Positions 1 to 11,645 are shown, counted from the stretch's first letter. The stretch is DNA of 64,000 nt from Paramoeba atlantica (GCA_977017575.1 CDRNVI010000054.1:372001-436000); one strand, 5' to 3'. Program-made: numbers and translations. The notes: generated from the letters alone by a model not told the origin.

Positions 1-8
1 AAAAGCGT

Positions 9-452
9 GTGAACTATATTGATTTAGGAGCGACCGATCTTTTCGATACTGAGTATAAATATTTCGGGACGCTGGCTTGGAGCCATATGCCGCGTACAAC
101 GGATCACTTTGTTATGTCGGATCAGGAAGGTGTCACAGGTACGTTGCCCATTGCATACCTTCCTATAGCACTCACCAGATTTTTACTGCTTTCCTGCGAT
201 CTATTCGGCTTCGTTGATCTTACAATCTTACCTCCTGGGTTAAGAAGATCTCTTACCAACAACCGATTTTGTGGAACGCTCGATCTGACTAGTTTACCTG
301 CAACGCTGGTGTCGCTAGACTTATATGGTAATGAATTCGAAGGCCCTGTAGACCTTTCAAAACTGCCAGCGTCATTAAAAGACGCTGTGTTATCAGGAAA
401 TAAGCTCTATGCAATAACTGAAATTCCCTCATTTATTAATTATAAATTTTAA
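9..452 (+). CDS. Leucine-rich repeat protein (about 22-aa LDLTxLPxxLxxLxLxxNxFxG repeats); probably 5'-truncated by the window edge
   Basis: Repeats such as GTLDLTSLPATLVSLDLYGNEFEGPVDLSKLP; the frame appears open upstream of the GTG at 9. Confidence 0.85.
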   Translation: MNYIDLGATDLFDTEYKYFGTLAWSHMPRTTDHFVMSDQEGVTGTLPIAYLPIALTRFLLLSCDLFGFVDLTILPPGLRRSLTNNRFCGTLDLTSLPATLVSLDLYGNEFEGPVDLSKLPASLKDAVLSGNKLYAITEIPSFINYKF

Positions 453-1512
453 GGACGAATTGGAATAATGGTACATGGAAAGAATTTCCAATGATCTATT
501 TAGAGGGTTGAAACCTGTCAAATTTTGTCGGGTTTTGCCAGGTTTTGGGTGGATACCTTTTTTTTGGTGTGTCATTTTAGGAGACATTCTACAACTCCAA
601 GAAGGCGTATCTTGTGAAAACGACGGTATAGAAAGCTCGTATAGGTCCCAAACTCTCAAAATACAATAGACGAAACGATTGCTAAAAATATTGTATTGTT
701 TGGGGGGTGTAGACTTCCGGTGGGCCAGTGGAAAAAAAATCTCCTTTTTCAATTTTTCGTAATTTTTCTGAAAACTTTTTGTTCTTTTTTATGTGATGAA
801 TACAAGACGGTAATCTAACACGCATGATTACACAATGTCTAATACATTTGGACACAATGTTTAATACATTTGGTTGTTTCTATTTTTTTTGTCAAGTTAA
901 TTGTCTTCAATATGCAGGAAATATGTAAGCCGGCGACAGTAATTCAACATTAACATACAGAATATAGAAAATCCTTGTATATAGAAAATCCTTTTCAAAA
1001 AACTTGAATATTACCGTATATACAGCCATGGACAGAAGTGTGCCCCCGGCCTGGCAAATGCCATTTTTTTTATCCGTTTTTTCTCATTTTTGCAGCATTC
1101 GAGAGATCTCGTAAGTTAGTACAGTTAGTTTTTAATAGGGCCCAAAAATATAATATGCAATAGGATATACAGAATATGTTAAATTTGAATACCGACATAG
1201 TAAGAGACCACTGTGTACACACTATATATACGGGACACTGTGTACACACTATATGACAAAATGATTTCAGTTTTAAGACATAATGGATTACTTGATTTTC
1301 AATAATGGTGAATTACACTGGAAATACATTGTATCTATCAGTCTGATAGATCAGTCTGATTCAGAGGTCAAGAGGCCAAAAAAGATGAGTATTTCTAATA
1401 GCTACAATACTCACTATACGTTATATACACGTTGTTTGTAGCTTTACAAACAGGACACTTCTTATGACTGCGAAAACTGCCTTTCTATGTCGGACGTAAT
1501 CCATCTTGAGTA

Positions 1513-2477
1513 CAGTAAACGTCACTATTCTCAGAATACTCAGTTGTACGTTGACACAGAAAAAACGGCTTTTTTGTCGTTTTTCGTCACTATTCTCAGA
1601 ATTGGTCTATTGAACGTTGACAGGCACTTTTTTATGAGGTCAAATCATAATTCTCATTTTTAAAAAAGAAAACGTTTTGCAAGAAAAATGTTAGCAGCGG
1701 AGCAACAGGCCGCTTTGGGTGCACAAAAACGACCCCCAGAGATCTCCAACTATCTCCTTGGTTTGCGGAGTCCCCGCTCTATCAGAAGAACACCGCGCAG
1801 TCAAACAGCGCCAGTTTTCCTTTTGTGTATTAGCGTTTTGTTTTCAGAAAAACAAAGTTTCATTACTCGTAGTCACCTAAATCAGTGTTTTCTTTTCTTT
1901 TTTTGGTCTCACAGACATTTATATGCCTTTCATGAATGGAAGAAGAGAAGGGACAACGATAAAAATGATCTCAAGTGATCCTCTGTGACCCCAATCGGTG
2001 GGCGAAGGCCTTTTTCGTTCATGAGTGCGTTGATTTGCTGTCCAGCCAACCCCGAAACCACGCGATTCGCTACTGCACAACCACCCTCATCCCGTCCAGA
2101 CACCCCCCCTCCAACCCCCCCCCCCCGCCCCGAGACAAATCCTTGTTACTGTGTGTCGGCCCAAAAATGGCGAAATATCTGCTACTGGGGGGTCCATTAC
2201 TGGGGGAGTATACGGTATCCCCAGTGATTTCCACTGATCTCTCGCATACTCTCCAGTAAGCGAAGATGAAGCAGTGAGTTAATCACTGATTAATAATCAG
2301 TGAGGGAACGAAAGCGTTTTTTTTCAATTCTCATCTTTGAGTGTAAAATTGAATTGACCGTTGTCCCATGACCGAAGCTCCATTCTCATTTTCCAAGGTG
2401 CATTCTCATTTTAGCCAGTTGTACGTTGACAGCCCAATTCTCATTTTTAGCGACTCTCAGAATAGTGACGTTTACTG
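1513..2477. mobile_element. Non-autonomous TA-flanked DNA transposon (MITE family A), copy 1, containing a partly deleted MITE-B
   Basis: TIRs CAGTAAACGTCACTATTCTCAGA / TCTCAGAATAGTGACGTTTACTG, TA on both sides (1511-1512, 2478-2479); near-identical inverted copy at 39706-40747. Confidence 0.9.
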
Positions 2478-3426
2478 TATACCTTCATGGAACTTCAAAC
2501 TCTCCAAAGCATGACATGGCATCCCAAAAATTCACACCTTTTCATACATCCTCTGATGATCATGCTCTAACTTCTTAACTTTTCTTTCAAGAACATGCAC
2601 TTGCTGGTGTAGAGCAGCAATTTCATCAGCACCTTTTTTTGCCTTCACTTGCGTTCCCCAAACGACTTGCTTCAGGTCTCGCTGACGTTTGCGGCGCTTT
2701 TTATTTGCTTCCACCGTGTCCCCACGCAAACTTCGCCACGTAGTGCGAACCATTCTGCCATGGCTTCTAGGGAGTGAGGAGAATGTTCATACTTTCCACC
2801 AAGGAGTATCTCCATCTCATACCCAAGGAAGTCACTCATATCCTTAGCCAACGATTCCACAGGCGAATCTTGTATAACAAGTTTCCACTTGCCCTCCGGA
2901 CTGTTCCATCGCCAAAAATTGTCCATTACTTACTCATTAACGCCACGAAGTTCAGATTTCAGGGCATCTTTGGAGAACATGAGTCCCGTGTCACTGGCCT
3001 TTGCCATCATAACCAGTGCCTCAAGCAGGATAGTCTCATCGATTGGCACTTCACAAAGTGAGCACGTTTCTGATACGCTTAAAAGCTGCTGACGTCGATG
3101 CAACAACCAATCCGTGCAAGTAATACTTCTGCAATATCCCGATCATGGCGTCATTCAGAAGCAGCAACTCGGTCTCTTCCAAGCCATGCGCCGAGTGAGG
3201 GTGTCGATTCGACACTCGCATTTCGATCATTCAGATGTCACAGACTTTCGAGAAAGGCATGTTTCTCTTTCTGAAAAAATGCTGACCCCCACTTGCGAGT
3301 TTTTTTTCTCGATTTTCCTTTGTAGATTACAAACATTAAAAATATTTTTCCATCGCATAAATACAATTTCTTTTACTAACTCATTTCAAATTAACACCCC
3401 CCCCCTTATCCTTTCCTCTTTCCCCC

Positions 3427-4422
3427 ATGCCACTCTCCCCCACCACCACCCTCCTCAACCGCACCCTCCGCACCACCGCACGCTACCCGTACCAAATCGA
3501 GCACCACCGCCTCCCCTGGAAATGTCTCCCCCCGCGATCCCCCGACATCCACCAACATGCCGCGGGCAGTTACTTCCAGCTCCTCGATCTCGCCCGACGC
3601 GTCACCGTGCCGTTACTTCTCCAAGACTTTCATCCGGAGTTCGAGGAGCCACAGGGGAATGTAAATAATGATGATAATAGTAATAATACCAATAATAATA
3701 ATAGTCATAGTAACAATCACAATAGCCCTATGAACCCTAAAACCATACAGCACCTTCTCCCCGGGATGGTGTATCTCCTTCCCGAGGTTCGAACCCTACT
3801 GGGGCCTAACCCCAACGAGTGGGGACCCCCGCACTGGACCGGTACCCCCCTACCCACCACGGACTACCTCATGCACTACGGCAGGCTCTCCGCTCGCATT
3901 GCCGCCGTGTTCGAGCTGTATGCGTTCGTGTCGCCCGATCTCACCCTCCTATGCAACGCGGTGTGTCTTCAAACCCCCCACGGGCATTGCTGCCCGGGGT
4001 CGAGTCTGGGGGGGTTGGTGAAGGAACGAAAAGATGCGGTACTGTTTCACTACTACCGACCGAATCGCCCCGCGTGGGAGTTGCTGAAACCGTTGGAGAG
4101 GTACTGGGGGGTGAACACCCGGCCGTGCCTGTGTGGGTGGGTGGAGGGGGGAGGGAGAAATACAACGGACCCTACAACGCAAGACCGGCGCGGGGGTTTG
4201 CAGAACACGGGGCTACTTCCGGAGACGGTGTTTGAAACGGGGCATTGGGATCCGGTGCCGGTGCCGGTTCGTGCGGCGGGGGAGAAAGCGGCCCCGATGC
4301 GATGTGAGGTGAATCGTACGGTGGCGAGTGATTCGTGGTGGAGTGGGATTCCGGAGCGGGAGGGTGCGATTCCGGGGCATTGTTTTGGGAAGCGGAAGAA
4401 TGCATGGGGGATGGGGTTTTGA
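3427..4422 (+). CDS. Hypothetical protein with a mitochondrial-presequence-like N terminus and an Asn-rich linker
   Basis: 331-aa ORF with ATG right after a pyrimidine tract; R/T/L-rich start; globular-looking segment LMHYGRLSARIAAVFELY...FHYYRPNRP; no family recognised. Confidence 0.65.
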   Translation: MPLSPTTTLLNRTLRTTARYPYQIEHHRLPWKCLPPRSPDIHQHAAGSYFQLLDLARRVTVPLLLQDFHPEFEEPQGNVNNDDNSNNTNNNNSHSNNHNSPMNPKTIQHLLPGMVYLLPEVRTLLGPNPNEWGPPHWTGTPLPTTDYLMHYGRLSARIAAVFELYAFVSPDLTLLCNAVCLQTPHGHCCPGSSLGGLVKERKDAVLFHYYRPNRPAWELLKPLERYWGVNTRPCLCGWVEGGGRNTTDPTTQDRRGGLQNTGLLPETVFETGHWDPVPVPVRAAGEKAAPMRCEVNRTVASDSWWSGIPEREGAIPGHCFGKRKNAWGMGF

Positions 4423-4631
4423 TGGTGCTGAAACATCGGATGGGGAGGGATTGTTGAGGAGAATAAGAAAGAGTGGACGTACTGTACGTCGTAATGGTGG
4501 TACTCATTCAGACCCCCTTCAGGTTGTAGTGAAGTTTGTTCGAGTTGTCAGAGCGATGTCACCCCTTACACAGGGGATTCATGAAAAAGGTGGGGGGTCT
4601 AGTAATTTGTATCGTGCGAGGTTTTGAAGTA

Positions 4632-4818
4632 CTGTCCCCCATCCGTTTAAGCGCACCTGGTCTTTGGTGAAAAGTGTGCTTAAACAGGATTCTGAATCAC
4701 TAGTAAAAAACAATTCGGTTGTCGTGTCTCCCTATGAGCCAGCTCGATGTCCACCTCAACATTATGTGCGCTTAAACGGGTGGGTTCTGGCCGGGTGCGC
4801 TTCGGGGAGTGCGGGCAG
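4632..4818. mobile_element. MITE family D, about 187 bp
   Basis: TA-flanked; imperfect TIRs with repeated TTAAGCGCAC/GTGCGCTTAA motifs; inverted homologue at 30810-30991. Confidence 0.75.
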
Positions 4819-5589
4819 TAATTTCTTTGATAACAGATCTCGAAATTTGAATGCTACTGGTGCCATCGTTGCCCCCATTGAAGCTGATGTGGCGTCATGG
4901 GAAATTGTTGCGTAATTTTCGCCCCAAAATTATCCAAAAAAGTGAACGTTTTATCATTTTTTCGGTTTTTTTGCGAATAGAGATAGATAGATAGAAACAC
5001 AGGCATTTATCCCTACTTGAGATGTAGCCTCCCCGGAGAAGGCCGAGGTAGCTTGGGGGAAGGTGTACCTAGGCCGCTGAACCATCCGATCTCTTGCGAG
5101 TTCGGATATCATACGTAATCGCAATAATGCGACTACATACGTTATTCCGCTGTTCCAAGGACATCCTTCCCCGGGGAGCTGAGCTCCCGATATTTGGGGC
5201 GAACTGGGTGTTGAACCAGTTCGTCCCGAACGCCCCATGTCTCCCGAAGGAGAGATTAGCTCGAACGGCTTGCTGGCATAATTCAGGAGTCTCGAATCTC
5301 AGCTTCAACGGTTTGGACTCCTCAGCTTCAACGGACCAAGTCTTCTAGGGTGTTATACCCTCGAGTGGACTCGGCTCCTCAGCTTCAAAGGGCTAAACCT
5401 CAACTTCAACGAGCTCGTATCTCTCCGAATTCTGACCCTAGCCCCGTTATCATGGGCTAGTTGCAAGCCGCAGATGAGCGGTGCCCGACCCGAAATGCGG
5501 TATGAAGTTCCCCTTAGGGGCTCGTCTTCCGGGTGCTGTTCGGGCCCATCTAAAGATATCTCAAAAAAACCACTCTATCTTTTGAGGGT

Positions 5590-6868
5590 GGATAAAAAAA
5601 ATACAAACCGCCGTTTTAGAAGGAGCGACATTACATTTCAAACCTGCGTGTTTTGCCACCTCTACAAGAGCCCACATCATATTTTTGCGGTGTTTCGCGA
5701 CTGGATGCAAAGAACACAACATCATCGGCATAATCAATGTCTGTAATACGAAGTTTTGATCTTCTACGGCTTTTCGTTCCAGTAGAAAAAAGAGTCAACC
5801 CAAAATCTGGGCCTTGCAGAGCTCTATCCAGAATTCTGTCAAGGCACATGATAAAAAGAAAAGGTGCAAGCACGTCGCCTTGCAGAACTCCGGAAGAAAT
5901 TTCGAAACTCTTTGTATTCCCGCAGGTATCCTGTAGGCGATTCATAGGTCGCTAAAATTATTCTAGTGAGCACTGGCGGAACGGAAAATGCTTTCAAGGC
6001 TTCCCTAATAGTGAGAAGGAAAAGCGCTTTGAAAGTCGATAAAGCCTAGAAAGATATTTTCAGAGCCGCCCAATGCCTTCTCTATGACTTCCGTAAGAAT
6101 TGCTTGAGCAGCAACAGTAGAGCTCAGGGGTCTAAAACCGAATTGGTTGCCTCTTAAATTTGGTTCTGTGCTCGGTTGAATACGCTCTAAGACCAATTTA
6201 TTTACCAGCTTTAGGCAGTATTTTAAATTATTTAGCCAATATATGATTTGTTAAGAAGATTGCTCGCCAGTTTTTCAGTATTGTTAGACCCCCTTTCTTG
6301 GGTATTGGAACATGAAGAATTTCACGCCAAGACACCGGCACTTTCCCGGAATAATAAACTTCATTTACGAGTTGCAGCAAGACCGTACATAGGACTTCAT
6401 GTTCCGCCATAGCAGAGCACCTCCTAGGGAATCTCGTCTGACCAAGTCGCTTTTCCTCGAGCCATTTTGGATAGCGCAGCAACTAGTTCTTGTAATGTAA
6501 AAGGTTCGTCGGATATGTTGATACCCACCACTTTTTCGAAAAGTCCTTCCACACTCGCATCTGGCTTGCTGTAAATTTTTGAGAAATGCTCTTCTATGTT
6601 GCGCAGCTTTTTCCGTCGTTGATCGGTCTTCGACTCGTAGCGTAGTTTTTTCGTTACCAATCACGCCTTTGATCATACTCCATGCACCTTTAGGGCGTTG
6701 CTTGAAATTCTTCTCCAGTGCTAGGCATTCTTGCTGAACTACCTCGTGTACTTCGTTTTCATGTTCAGCAATGAACCTCGCAAAGTTTTTCTTGCTCCGG
6801 GCAACTTTGAATAGTGCTCTTAGATTCACTTCGCGGCGCCTCCTGCCCAGTCTCGTCAAAAACGACAA
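5590..6868 (-). pseudogene. Degraded LINE-type reverse transcriptase (several frameshifts, truncated at both ends)
   Basis: Frame fragments carry KGG..NWRAI, NQFGFRP, FIDFQSAF, GVLQGDVLAPFLF, DYADD and a GLKCNVAPSKT-like motif. Confidence 0.85.
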
Positions 6869-7627
6869 TTAAGTGGGGGGTGGGGCTACGACAATTAAGT
6901 GGGGGGGAGCACAGTATGTTGTAGCCTTTCACCATCGCAGCAGCAAGTCGGAAATCGAAACATAGCGTAGAAAGTGAGAACCTCGTTTTCGTATTACTAT
7001 ATTTCGTAAATATGCCTAAACGTTTAAAACAGAAATCTATTCATATTACCATTTTCAAATTGAAAACAAATTCTCTAATTTATGCCTACCATTTTTGCCC
7101 ACCCAAAAAAAAACGGGTCGAAAGACCCGGTCCGGAACGCGCGAATGGATTGGGCCTGGATTACTTATTTTACTTTTATTGTTTGTTGTTTGTAGTATAT
7201 ACTTAGTTACACCTATTCTAAATATTCTTAATACTATTTTAGGATTCAACGTTTTCTGTCCGGAGCTCATTGAATTTGTTGTAGGACTAGAAAATTACTA
7301 GACGATTACATTTGTTTTGCTTTGGTCACGATTCTTGCTTTGTCGTATGGTGACCATAGACTACCGTTTGGAAACCGTTTTACCTAGTTTTTGTCCCATT
7401 TACAAAATGTCTCGTTTACAGAAATATATTAGCAGGGGTGTAATCGCAAATGGTAAAAGGGTTTGTCCTTTAGTTCAGATCTCCCTTTGGTAAAGACACT
7501 ATCTAGGACATATTATTTAGATGAAGAGTAATCATTGATTAATATAAATTTCTCGCAAAAACTAAAACAAATTTTACGAAAAAGCATTTGAGGAATTCAG
7601 CGTTTTGGGTAATACTGCCCGACGAAA

Positions 7628-8374
7628 ATGATTTACGTGAGCCGGCAATGTACTAAATCTCTTGCCGAGTCACCATGCCGTTATTTCAAGCTTTCAACGC
7701 AGGGCTATGGTCGCCCATACATGATAGCTCGAGTATTCTATACTGGTACTGGACATCAGAAAACTGAACAGGTACGTGACTTTGATGCTTTCTTTCAATG
7801 GGTGAGAGGAGTGCCACAAATGTTCAAGGAGACTGTGCAAGGATTGCGCAATCACCCCTCTCTTCGCAGTTATTTAAACAAGATTGGTTCAACTCGAGAT
7901 TCTATACAGACCCCAAGATTCTTGGCTCAGTTTGCTCCTCGTGAGCTCAGTATGGCGAAAGAAGCCGTAAAATCTGCTTGGAGATACCTGGCTGATACAG
8001 AAGGGCCACGTTCTGCGTCGTACAAACAAAAGCCTTTAGTAAGTAGTCTAACGGATATCCTTCGCCCCGGTGCACCAGGAACACAAAAAACATTCGTGAA
8101 ATCATCTCGATTTAGCTCCTTATTTCATACGAGCGCGGCGAGTTCGCCATTTTCAGTGAAGAATTCTGGATCGAGCGCTTCTTCAGGATCGGCAAATGAC
8201 GCCAGTGGAGGAAGTCAGTCGCCTGGACGGTTCAGTCCTTTTAGCGCACTTTTCAACAAGATGTTGGAAATGTGCTCAACCAGTCATGCCCATCAAATCG
8301 CGTCTCGTATGAATGTCAAGGTCGAGGACATTCGCTTTGACGTCAAGGGGTCTGAGGTCCACGTCCAGGTTTAG
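7628..8374 (+). CDS. OsmC/Ohr-like domain protein interrupted by an in-frame TAG; the domain continues in frame to TAA at 8498-8500
   Basis: MCSTSHAHQIASRMNVKVEDIRFD...VHVQV*APAATTKQIETLGKAVEQECPMARFYGKKHVKMHWQKA places the two Cys motifs of OsmC-like proteins on either side of the stop. Confidence 0.65.
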   Translation: MIYVSRQCTKSLAESPCRYFKLSTQGYGRPYMIARVFYTGTGHQKTEQVRDFDAFFQWVRGVPQMFKETVQGLRNHPSLRSYLNKIGSTRDSIQTPRFLAQFAPRELSMAKEAVKSAWRYLADTEGPRSASYKQKPLVSSLTDILRPGAPGTQKTFVKSSRFSSLFHTSAASSPFSVKNSGSSASSGSANDASGGSQSPGRFSPFSALFNKMLEMCSTSHAHQIASRMNVKVEDIRFDVKGSEVHVQV

Positions 8375-8530
8375 GCGCCAGCGGCGACGACCAAGCAAAT
8401 TGAGACATTGGGCAAAGCCGTTGAACAGGAATGTCCCATGGCCCGTTTCTATGGGAAGAAACATGTCAAAATGCATTGGCAAAAGGCACTACCTCCTTAA
8501 TCAGCACGTACCATTTCATAATACATCATA

Positions 8531-8581
8531 TAACATGCAAGAAAAATCATGTAACATGCAAGAAAATCATGTAACATGCAA
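8531..8581. repeat. Short tandem repeat, 20-21 bp unit, about 2.5 copies
   Basis: TAACATGCAAGAAAA(A)TCATG repeated. Confidence 0.85.
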
Positions 8582-8689
8582 AAACAAAATGTTTCGGAAC
8601 ATGCATCTATTTTATTCAATGCAGAAAAATCTGTAGAGTAATGTACACCCTGTATGTCAATATCGCATACGACGATCTCGCATGGGCGT

Positions 8690-9443
8690 TGTTTCTAGCC
8701 CATCCGCCCCCTTTCCATTCGGGAGACTCACGGATGAGCCAAAGAACGAAGGCATATTGGCACGACATGGAGAACCGGTTTACATCCCCAAAAAGGCGGG
8801 TTAACTGTCTACCATATACCCCCCGGTACCAGAGATTTGGCCATTTTTGGGCTGATCCCCAGTAACAGAGCATTGGCTGGGGAGGGTGGTTGGAGGGGGG
8901 AGGGGGTGTTTGGTCGGGTGGGGGTCGCTGGGCCGGATGACGGTGGTTGCGCGGGAGCGAATGGCGTAGTTGCGGGGTTGACTGGGCAGAAAGTCAACGC
9001 ACATATGAACAAAAAAGGTCTTTTCCCCCAAAAAAAAAGCATATCCCCGCAAGTAACAGAGATGGGCCATTTGGGTCCAAAACTGATTCTATTACTGGGG
9101 GATATACGGTAAGAGAAGAAGCCGGAAGACCTCTCGCGCCCACCTCCGCGCATAGAAAATACGTGTTTGGGTGGGTCATCCGCCACCGATGCAACAAATT
9201 TTGGTGTTTTTCGGTTTCGCGACAGTGATCTTCGGCAAAGTTGTCCTCCCAAGGGGCGGTAAGCTCAACGATATACTCAGTTCCGTCATTGAGTTGGGCC
9301 AGACCATCGGGACACAGTGGTGTCAAAATCGTCCCACCATGATGGCGGCACCATCCCGGGGGGTTCCTGAGACTCAGAAGATCGAAGGACGACCAGGATG
9401 TACGGGGAGAGACGGCAACTGCTCTCGCGATGATGCGTAGCAC
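8690..9443 (-). pseudogene. C-terminal REL endonuclease relic of a HERO/R2-like non-LTR retrotransposon, split by MITE-B
   Basis: PDG...IVELTAPWEDN...EVGARGLP, then across the MITE ...SCQYAFVLWLIRESPEW. Confidence 0.75.
8812..9109. mobile_element. MITE family B, 298 bp, TA target duplication
   Basis: TIRs CC(A/G)TATA(C/T)CCCCC; TA at 8810-8811 and 9110-9111; homologues at 29707-30014, 39956-40249 and inside 1513-2477. Confidence 0.9.
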
Positions 9444-9466
9444 TTTGTTGTATCGATATTTACATA

Positions 9467-10625
9467 CAGGGATGGGCGCCTTCAGAGTGGGGGGGTCTAA
9501 AATTCGTAAAACTTGACCAATTTTGGAAAGTAATAGCGCATTCGAGAGCTCTCAAATAGTCGGGTGTAATGGCAACATCCGTTTCCCGTTTTTAGACATT
9601 CGAGATAAATGACAGAAAAACAAGGAATTTATTTTTCCCCGAAGATGCAATTTTTCAGTTTTTTTGGCTTTTTTTAGTTTTTTTGCTCCGTTAATGCCTC
9701 AGAAACGTGTACGATCGCGAACATCACGGTTTCCCTTCCAGAGAGATGCTTATTCACCACCTGGGAAGGTAAGGCCGTCGCATCGCATGCTTCTCGTAGA
9801 CCATTACTTTCGTTCTGGGTCCTACAATGCTACAGCACGCCACTTTGAAGTAGCGGAGAGCACTGTGAAGCGATGGGTCATTCGTTACAGCGAAACTGGT
9901 GATGTCGAAAGCATTCCCAGACGTCTGAATTTTACAGTTAGGACATCACTGTTTATCGGAGAAGCACTCCGCATAGTAGATGAGGGTACACGGGATCTTC
10001 CTTATGGTGTGGAATCATGGTGCGCTCTAGATCGCGAACTTCTATCCAGAGGGTTTCAGTGTTCCAGACGCACTTTGGCTCGAGCTTTGAAGCCCGATAT
10101 TATCCTCCGCGTAGTTCAGCGTAAACCACGACTAACCCAACAGCATAAAGACGTTAGAGTCCGATTCTGTAAGGACATGTCGGGCTGGAGCGAACACCAG
10201 CTTGATAATATTATTTGGTGTGATGAGAAAAAGTTTACCTGCAAGAAGGCTACCAAAAACACCTACCTTTGCCGACGGTCCGACCCTGTAAAAGAGCAGC
10301 TAGGTGAGCTGGAAGCGTGGGTAGGGGGCGATGGTATAATGGTGTGGAAGGGGGTAAGCATAAAGCATGGATTTCATCTGCACATTTTTCCTAATAGAGA
10401 TGAGCAGGGAAATAGAGTTACTGTGAACGGGGCTGTTTTCGAAGCTTCCATGACCAAGCGTAATGGTCTTTTGAACTACCTACACAGGCACCGTGCAGTT
10501 GTTGCTATGGACAATTGCCCTGCGCACAACTTGGCAAGGCGTACTTTTCAGCAGCAAAACGTGCGAACGCTCCCCTGGCCCGCAAAGTCACCGGATCTCA
10601 ACCCCATCGAAAACTTGTGGAATAT
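9467..10625 (+). mobile_element. Tc1-like transposon, copy 1: left TIR plus transposase, 3'-truncated
   Basis: TA then CAGGG...GGGGGTCTAAAATTCGTAAAA...GCATTCGAGAGCTCTC, shared with the TIR of 41979-43398; no right TIR found. Confidence 0.9.
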
Positions 10626-10755
10626 CTTTTTTTTCGGAGGTAGTTTGCAACGCGAAGCGCGCATCAGTGGTGTTTTCGAAGTGAAAAAAATACAAAAGGT
10701 TTCAAATGTACGAATTGCATGTATACCTTGCGAATGTTTTTGTCACGAATCGTAA
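9694..10755 (+). CDS. Tc1-like transposase, D-D32-E catalytic triad; native C terminus lost after ENLW
   Basis: N-terminal HTH (SYNATARHFEVAESTVKRWV), WCDEKKF, AMDNCPAH, WPAKSPDLNPIENLW. Confidence 0.85.
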   Translation: MPQKRVRSRTSRFPFQRDAYSPPGKVRPSHRMLLVDHYFRSGSYNATARHFEVAESTVKRWVIRYSETGDVESIPRRLNFTVRTSLFIGEALRIVDEGTRDLPYGVESWCALDRELLSRGFQCSRRTLARALKPDIILRVVQRKPRLTQQHKDVRVRFCKDMSGWSEHQLDNIIWCDEKKFTCKKATKNTYLCRRSDPVKEQLGELEAWVGGDGIMVWKGVSIKHGFHLHIFPNRDEQGNRVTVNGAVFEASMTKRNGLLNYLHRHRAVVAMDNCPAHNLARRTFQQQNVRTLPWPAKSPDLNPIENLWNIFFFGGSLQREARISGVFEVKKIQKVSNVRIACIPCECFCHES

Positions 10756-10820
10756 CATTTTAAACACCTTTAATCTCCTCCCTATCCCAACAACGTCAAA
10801 TTTAACCCCCTTCGCCCTCC

Positions 10821-11645
10821 ATGTTCCACCCCTCCCCGCACCACCACCACAACCCCCCCACCACAACCCACCTCACCATCTCCGGCTTCCCCCCGGCCCT
10901 GTGCGACAGCGTGCTCTCCTCCCTACGCACCGCTCTCCACAACGCCGGCCTCCCCACCCCATTCACCACGGAGTACCCCGAGACCATGGGGGCCAATTTC
11001 CTCCATCTCACCCTTCCCGAGCCCACCGCGGCACGGGCTCTGCTCGAGCTCCATGCCACCGAGCTCATCCCCGGGTACTCCATTGGGGTTCAGCCCTACG
11101 TGGTGCCTCCCCCCCCTAACAACCCCTTTGAACCAACCCCTTTGAACAATCCTTGGGTTCAGACCCCTCAAAAGGATGTGAAAACGACAAATACACACGA
11201 GAGCGCGGGGTTCTCCCAGCGCGGGGGCGACTCGAGTCGTTTCCCTGCCATGTGGGTGAATGCGGGGAACCCCGAGGAGGGGGGGCTGCGGAGTTTGTCC
11301 CGGGAGGGCTCCGAGCGCAGCGCTCACGCTCCCCGGGGCAGTGAGGCGAACAGGGGTGGGGGGAGAGGTTATGGAGGGAGAGAAACGGAGGAAGGGGGGT
11401 GGAGCAACGTGGGAGAGGTTGGGCAGAGGGGGATGCGAGGGGTGTCGGAGAGTACGGGGATGAGGCAAGATGGGAGGGAGAGTAGTACGGTGTTGGAGAG
11501 TACACCGGCTCGTGATTTTGAGAATACGAAGCGGTGGGGAGGTGGCTTGATGACGGGGAGTGGAAAGGTATCTCAACTGGAATTGCAACGCGACCCGCAG
11601 TGGTGGTTAGAACCGTTGCAGTGGGTGAGATCCAAAGTATTGTAA
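10821..11645 (+). CDS. Protein with an RRM-like N-terminal fold and a Gly/Arg/Glu-rich disordered tail
   Basis: HLTISGFP...FLHLTLPEPTAARALLELHATELIPGYSIGVQPY follows the RRM beta-alpha-beta-beta-alpha-beta pattern. Confidence 0.5.
   Translation: MFHPSPHHHHNPPTTTHLTISGFPPALCDSVLSSLRTALHNAGLPTPFTTEYPETMGANFLHLTLPEPTAARALLELHATELIPGYSIGVQPYVVPPPPNNPFEPTPLNNPWVQTPQKDVKTTNTHESAGFSQRGGDSSRFPAMWVNAGNPEEGGLRSLSREGSERSAHAPRGSEANRGGGRGYGGRETEEGGWSNVGEVGQRGMRGVSESTGMRQDGRESSTVLESTPARDFENTKRWGGGLMTGSGKVSQLELQRDPQWWLEPLQWVRSKVL

Noticed and set aside
1209-1256. Short local duplications (also 6865-6908 and 56812-56849)
   Set aside because: Ordinary slippage duplications with no further structure
2532-3092. 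Minus-strand ORF fragments with a coiled-coil-like, basic C terminus
   Set aside because: No recognisable motif; probably TE debris, but the family cannot be supported
4990-5480. Decayed minus-strand frame (LRFETPELCQQAVRANL) with short GAAGCTGAGGAG repeats
   Set aside because: Multiple stops and no diagnostic motif; link to the adjacent LINE unproven
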